A DNA stretch of 64,000 bases, from the NCBI GenBank assembly GCA_965233585.1, contig CBDDTI010000747.1:576001-640000 (forward strand), given 5' to 3'. Source of the DNA: a bacterium (lineage in GTDB: Bacteria > SAR324 > NAC60-12). This document shows positions 59,909 to 64,000 of the stretch, in pieces (positions within the stretch are counted from its first letter, which is position 1; each line of letters opens with the position of its first letter). The position numbers and the translations under genes are program-made. Below the pieces are notes generated by a model, which was not told the origin of the DNA, searched no databases, and saw only the letters and a program-made list of their open reading frames with translations.

Positions 59909-61153
59909 ATGGTAAACATTTTAAACATGCCCTCTCTCAGTCCAAGTATGGAGCAAGGGGTGATTGTGTCTTGGGAAAAGCAGGAAGGCGATTTTGTCAA
60001 CAGTGGTGATTTACTGGCACAAGTAGAAACAGACAAGGCTGTTGTGGAATATGAAGCACTTGATGAAGGTTTTTTGAGAAAAATTTTAAAGCCCACAGGC
60101 GAGGTGATTCAGGTTGGAGAACCCATTGCCATCTTTTCTGAAACACAAGATGAGGACATTTCTCAGGTGTCTCTTCCTGATGCCTCAAATGGCAAGCCCC
60201 CTTCTGCTGAATTTGCTCACAATACTGCACCACCTGCAGCCACTCAACTAGACAAACCAGAACCAACAGACACAAGAATTAAAGCCTCACCTTTGGCACG
60301 TAAAATTGCTAAAGAACAAGGTCTTGATTTAGCAACTATCACAGGTTCAGGACCAAATGGCAGGATCGTGAAAGCAGACTTGCAAAATCTCAATACACCA
60401 CAAGCTGTTAGTTCTTCAACTCCTGCACCGAAGCCTCAAACTCAGACTCAAAGTGATTGGGCTAAAGAAGGCAATTATGAAGTTTTGCCTTTGACAATGG
60501 TTCGCAAAACGATTGCAGGCAGACTCCAAGAATCCACGCGAGAAATTCCTCACTTTTATCTCACCGTGAAAGTTTGTGTTGATGAGTTGGTGGCACTGCG
60601 CAAGCAAATCAATTCTTTGAGTGAGGTCAAAGTGTCTCTTAATGACATGATTATCAAGGCATCTTCGGTCGCATTAGCAAATCACCCCGTCGTCAATTCC
60701 CGCTACACTGAAGAAGGCATCGTCCAATTTGAAGATGCAAACATTGCATTTGCAGTGGCAACAGATGACGCTTTGTTTACGCCCATCGTACGTGCTGTTA
60801 ACAAAAAAGGTCTCGGTCAAATCGCAAAAGAAACCAAAGACTTTGCCTTGCGTGCCAGAGAAAAACGGCTTGCGATTGAGGAATTTACAGGAGGCACTTT
60901 TGGAACTTCTAATTTAGGTATGTTTCAAATAGAGCAATTCACTGCCATCATCAATCCACCTCAATCTGCAAATCTTGCCATTGCACAAGCATTGACTGAA
61001 CTGCAATTAGATTCCAATGGAGAGGTGTATCAAAGTAAGCAGATGAAGCTGACGCTTTCTTGCGACCATCGCATCATTGACGGGGCAACAGGTGCAAAAT
61101 TCCTTAAAGAACTTAAAAAAATTCTTGAAAATCCACTCTTTTTGACGCTTTAG
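59909..61153 (+). CDS. pdhC: Pyruvate dehydrogenase E2 dihydrolipoamide acetyltransferase
   Basis: Lipoyl ETDKA, ASPLARK subunit-binding domain, PHFY, DHRIIDG. Confidence 0.96.
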   Translation: MVNILNMPSLSPSMEQGVIVSWEKQEGDFVNSGDLLAQVETDKAVVEYEALDEGFLRKILKPTGEVIQVGEPIAIFSETQDEDISQVSLPDASNGKPPSAEFAHNTAPPAATQLDKPEPTDTRIKASPLARKIAKEQGLDLATITGSGPNGRIVKADLQNLNTPQAVSSSTPAPKPQTQTQSDWAKEGNYEVLPLTMVRKTIAGRLQESTREIPHFYLTVKVCVDELVALRKQINSLSEVKVSLNDMIIKASSVALANHPVVNSRYTEEGIVQFEDANIAFAVATDDALFTPIVRAVNKKGLGQIAKETKDFALRAREKRLAIEEFTGGTFGTSNLGMFQIEQFTAIINPPQSANLAIAQALTELQLDSNGEVYQSKQMKLTLSCDHRIIDGATGAKFLKELKKILENPLFLTL

Positions 61154-61202
61154 ATTGTTGATACAATCTATTGTTACATGAAATGAGTTTATCAGGAGTG
61201 AA

Positions 61203-62018
61203 ATGATGGAAAGAACACAAGAAGCGATTTTGTATCATTACGAGCTTGAAAAAAGGCTTGCAAGTCAGCTTCTGAGTGCAAATAAGCAAGAGAGAAAAGT
61301 TTTATACACAGAACTTTATGAAGAGTTGCTTCAATCTGTCCCCTATCTCACTGCCCCAAGTGACTCTGCATACAAACAGAAACAGGCAGAAAGGCAGGTA
61401 CAAAATATTCAACCGTTTTTAAGTAAACAAACTTCTTTTCTTGAGCTGGGTCCAGGAGACTGCAGTGTTTCGCTAAGGGTGGCTCGTTTGGTGAAGCAAG
61501 TCTATGCAGTGGACGTTAGCCCAACTATCACTCAAAATCAAAAGACTCCCGATAACTTTCACTTGATCATCTCTGATGGAACAAACATTCCTGTTCCTCC
61601 TCATAGTATTGATTTTGTTTATTCAAATCAACTTATGGAGCATTTACATCCAGATGATGCTTATGAACAGATGCAGAATGTTCTGTCTGCACTTGTTCCT
61701 AATGGCATTTATCTTTGTATGACTCCCAGTCGGCTCAATGGCCCACATGACGTCTCCAAATATTTTGACGATGTTGCCACAGGCTTTCACCTCAAAGAAT
61801 ATACAATCACTGATTTAAATAGACTTTTCAAAGAGGTCGGTTTTTCTAAAGTCAAAATATTGATTGGAGCAAGGGGAAGGTATATCAAGGCTTCTGTAAC
61901 CCCTTCTATTCTGCTAGAAAAAATGCTAAGTTTGCTACCTGCTTCAGTGCGTAAAAAAATCATGAGTTATCGCATAGTGAATGCTTTAGTTTATGTTCGT
62001 CTCATTGGCATCAAATGA
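61203..62018 (+). CDS. Class I SAM-dependent methyltransferase
   Basis: LELGPGD, AVDVS, DFVYSNQLMEHL. Confidence 0.85.
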   Translation: MMERTQEAILYHYELEKRLASQLLSANKQERKVLYTELYEELLQSVPYLTAPSDSAYKQKQAERQVQNIQPFLSKQTSFLELGPGDCSVSLRVARLVKQVYAVDVSPTITQNQKTPDNFHLIISDGTNIPVPPHSIDFVYSNQLMEHLHPDDAYEQMQNVLSALVPNGIYLCMTPSRLNGPHDVSKYFDDVATGFHLKEYTITDLNRLFKEVGFSKVKILIGARGRYIKASVTPSILLEKMLSLLPASVRKKIMSYRIVNALVYVRLIGIK

Positions 62019-62107
62019 TCTCATTCAGGTCAATTTGATTGATTTTTAGGGTTCTCTGGTAAGTTCTGACAGACAGGCTGTTTCAATTCAATACAATGTA
62101 GGAGATA

Positions 62108-62509
62108 ATGATTCAGTTTATCAATTTTGATCATGTGGGCTACCAAAAGAAACGTTCTAAGCAAAAAAGACGTATTTGGATTTTTGGAGGACTTGCTACG
62201 TTTTTTCTCGTTGGAGGTTTAAGGTCTGCGAGTATAACGTCTTTAATTTTTGGTGGGCTGTTTGCTTACTTTTCATGGAGCAACTACCAAGCCTATTCCT
62301 TACCTTTACATGATGCTATTCACTTTATTCGTGCTTTACAGGCACCATTTAGCCGTGCTGAACTTTTTTCTGCTCTTGAACTCTCACTTAAACAAGTTGA
62401 CGAATTGTTGAATGAACTGATCCGCTTGGGTTTTATTGAGCCGCATGAGTCTGACATTTCAGAAACTGGTGAAGTGCTTTATAGGCTGGTGTCTCATCGT
62501 TCATCATGA
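62108..62509 (+). CDS. Hypothetical protein with 2 TM helices and a winged-HTH-like C-terminus
   Basis: Two TM helices then SRAELFSALELSLKQVDELLNELIRLGFI..GEVLYR; overlaps the lpxK start. Confidence 0.6.
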   Translation: MIQFINFDHVGYQKKRSKQKRRIWIFGGLATFFLVGGLRSASITSLIFGGLFAYFSWSNYQAYSLPLHDAIHFIRALQAPFSRAELFSALELSLKQVDELLNELIRLGFIEPHESDISETGEVLYRLVSHRSS

Positions 62510-63522
62510 GTCTTCGTAAGATTCTTGCGACAATTTACCTCTGCCTGATTCAATTTAGATTATGGCTTTATCAAAAAAACATTTTAAAGTCATACCGACC
62601 TGATGCCTTCGTCATTTCTGTTGGGAATTTAACCGTTGGTGGGACAGGTAAAACTCCCATTGTCAATCATCTCACTCAATATCTTTTACAAGAAGGAAAA
62701 AAAGTTGTCATCTTGACCAGAGGCTATGGGAGCAAAAACCCTAAATTGATGAAACGGTCAAAAGGTGCGGTTGAGTTTCCCCCCCAAGAGTTTGGAGATG
62801 AACCCTATTTTTTGGCTATGCAAAATCCTGATGCCGTCGTTTATTCATGCAAGAATCGCAAGAAGTCCGCAAAGTTTTCTTGTCAAAATGATGATGTTGA
62901 TGTTTTCATTCTTGATGATGGCTATCAACATCTTGCATTGCAAAGAGATTTGAATCTGCTATTGGTTGACTCGCAAAAAAAATTTGGGAACAAGCAGGTC
63001 TTGCCATTAGGTGAATTAAGAGAACCGATTGAGCAATGTTCACGTGCTGATACCGTGATTTTGACAAAAGCTAGCTTAGGCAATGTTGACAAGACCATTG
63101 GTTGCCTTCCTTATGAAATACGCAAGGCAAAACCTCTTTTTATTTTTGACTACCAACCCACTTATCTCCTTCATCAGCAAGTCAAAATTCCATTGCATGA
63201 GTTAAAAGGTCAAAGGATTGTAGCAAGTTGTGGCATTGCTCATGCTAAGCAGTTTGAAGCAGTTCTTGTCAAATTTGGTATGAACGTCCTGTATTTTTGG
63301 GAATTTCAAGACCATGTTGTTTATGACTCCAGTATGTTACATCTGATTCACCAAAAGAAAGAGGAACTGGATGCAAAGTTTTGGGTTACCACTGAAAAAG
63401 ATGCTGTCAAACTGCAAACTTTTCCCAAATTTGCAAATCATTACAGTACGCTTGTGATGCAAGTGATTCCAGACCACGATTGGGAGAGATTCCTTAAAAT
63501 GAAAATAAGTAGTTTCAAATAA
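62506..63522 (+). CDS. lpxK: Tetraacyldisaccharide 4'-kinase
   Basis: ISVGNLTVGGTGKTP, RGYG, GDEP, DDGYQH, PLGELRE, TTEKDAVK. Confidence 0.96.
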   Translation: MSLRKILATIYLCLIQFRLWLYQKNILKSYRPDAFVISVGNLTVGGTGKTPIVNHLTQYLLQEGKKVVILTRGYGSKNPKLMKRSKGAVEFPPQEFGDEPYFLAMQNPDAVVYSCKNRKKSAKFSCQNDDVDVFILDDGYQHLALQRDLNLLLVDSQKKFGNKQVLPLGELREPIEQCSRADTVILTKASLGNVDKTIGCLPYEIRKAKPLFIFDYQPTYLLHQQVKIPLHELKGQRIVASCGIAHAKQFEAVLVKFGMNVLYFWEFQDHVVYDSSMLHLIHQKKEELDAKFWVTTEKDAVKLQTFPKFANHYSTLVMQVIPDHDWERFLKMKISSFK

Positions 63523-63593
63523 TCAATAAATTTTGTAGAATGTCATTTTGAGACGTTTAAATGTTTGATGAATTTTATTAGCAATAACTGACT

Positions 63594-64000
63594 ATGGCAC
63601 TTCTCAATGTTTATCAATTTCCTGCCGAGGTCTTGAGTCAAGTTTCTGAATCGGTGGATGTTTTTGACGAGGATTTAAGAAAGCTCATTGAAGACATGAA
63701 AGAGACCATGTATGCAGAATCTGGAATTGGCTTGGCGGCACCACAGGTTGGGGTTTCAAAGCGTATTTTGGTCATGGATACAAAATATCCAACTTTAGAA
63801 GAGCATCATCCACGTGCAATCATCAATCCTGAAATCACTTTTGCAAGTGAGGAAAAGGTTATGTCAATGGAAGGCTGTCTAAGTATTCCAGAGTTTCGTG
63901 CAGAAGTTTCGCGTGCAAGCAGTGTGGAAATCACTTATCAAGATGAGGAAGGCAATTCATTGGAAGACAAGCTGGAAGGACTTGAGGCGATTTGTCTTCA
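63594..64000 (+). CDS. def: Peptide deformylase (runs off the window end; absent from the ORF track)
   Basis: Manual translation: MALLNVYQFP..ETMYAESGIGLAAPQVG..INPEI..EGCLSIP..AICL. Confidence 0.93.
   Translation, partial: MALLNVYQFPAEVLSQVSESVDVFDEDLRKLIEDMKETMYAESGIGLAAPQVGVSKRILVMDTKYPTLEEHHPRAIINPEITFASEEKVMSMEGCLSIPEFRAEVSRASSVEITYQDEEGNSLEDKLEGLEAICL

Noticed and set aside
59909..61200. Absence of lpdA (E3) from the pdh cluster
   Set aside because: E3 is commonly encoded elsewhere and shared, so this is not unusual.

Overview
A 64 kb, AT-rich (roughly 38-40% GC by eye) chromosomal window from a Gram-negative bacterium. The gene set (hrcA with CIRCE, cdaA-cdaR, lpxK, lnt, pdhABC, A1-type cytochrome c oxidase) suggests a deltaproteobacteria-like lineage such as SAR324, but that is only an inference. 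Most of the window is housekeeping: wzt, mltD, lnt, clpP, flhB, cdaAR, hrcA-grpE-dnaK-dnaJ, prpDB, a cox operon with heme O/A synthases, mlaFD, ackA, aroK, thrS, pyrH, frr, pdhABC, lpxK and def. There are two accessory patches. The first is a single-polypeptide R-M-S restriction-modification gene at 9.9-13.7 kb. The second is a nested mosaic at 26.0-30.3 kb, where a decayed deoxy-sugar (L-fucose/L-rhamnose-type) catabolic operon is interleaved with a stand-alone restriction-endonuclease-like gene and a two-gene module (ThsB-like TIR plus a 3-TM membrane protein). An intact 760-bp IS1-family element with 24-bp IRs and an 8-bp TSD splits the membrane gene. The strongest leads are this candidate TIR plus membrane-effector defence system, whose effector can be fully reconstructed across the IS, and a single 651-aa ORF fusing ribosomal protein S2 to EF-Ts through a long linker with a 108-bp duplication. 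Two unannotated small membrane-protein ORFs and a tandem-repeat-extended MlaD were also found.
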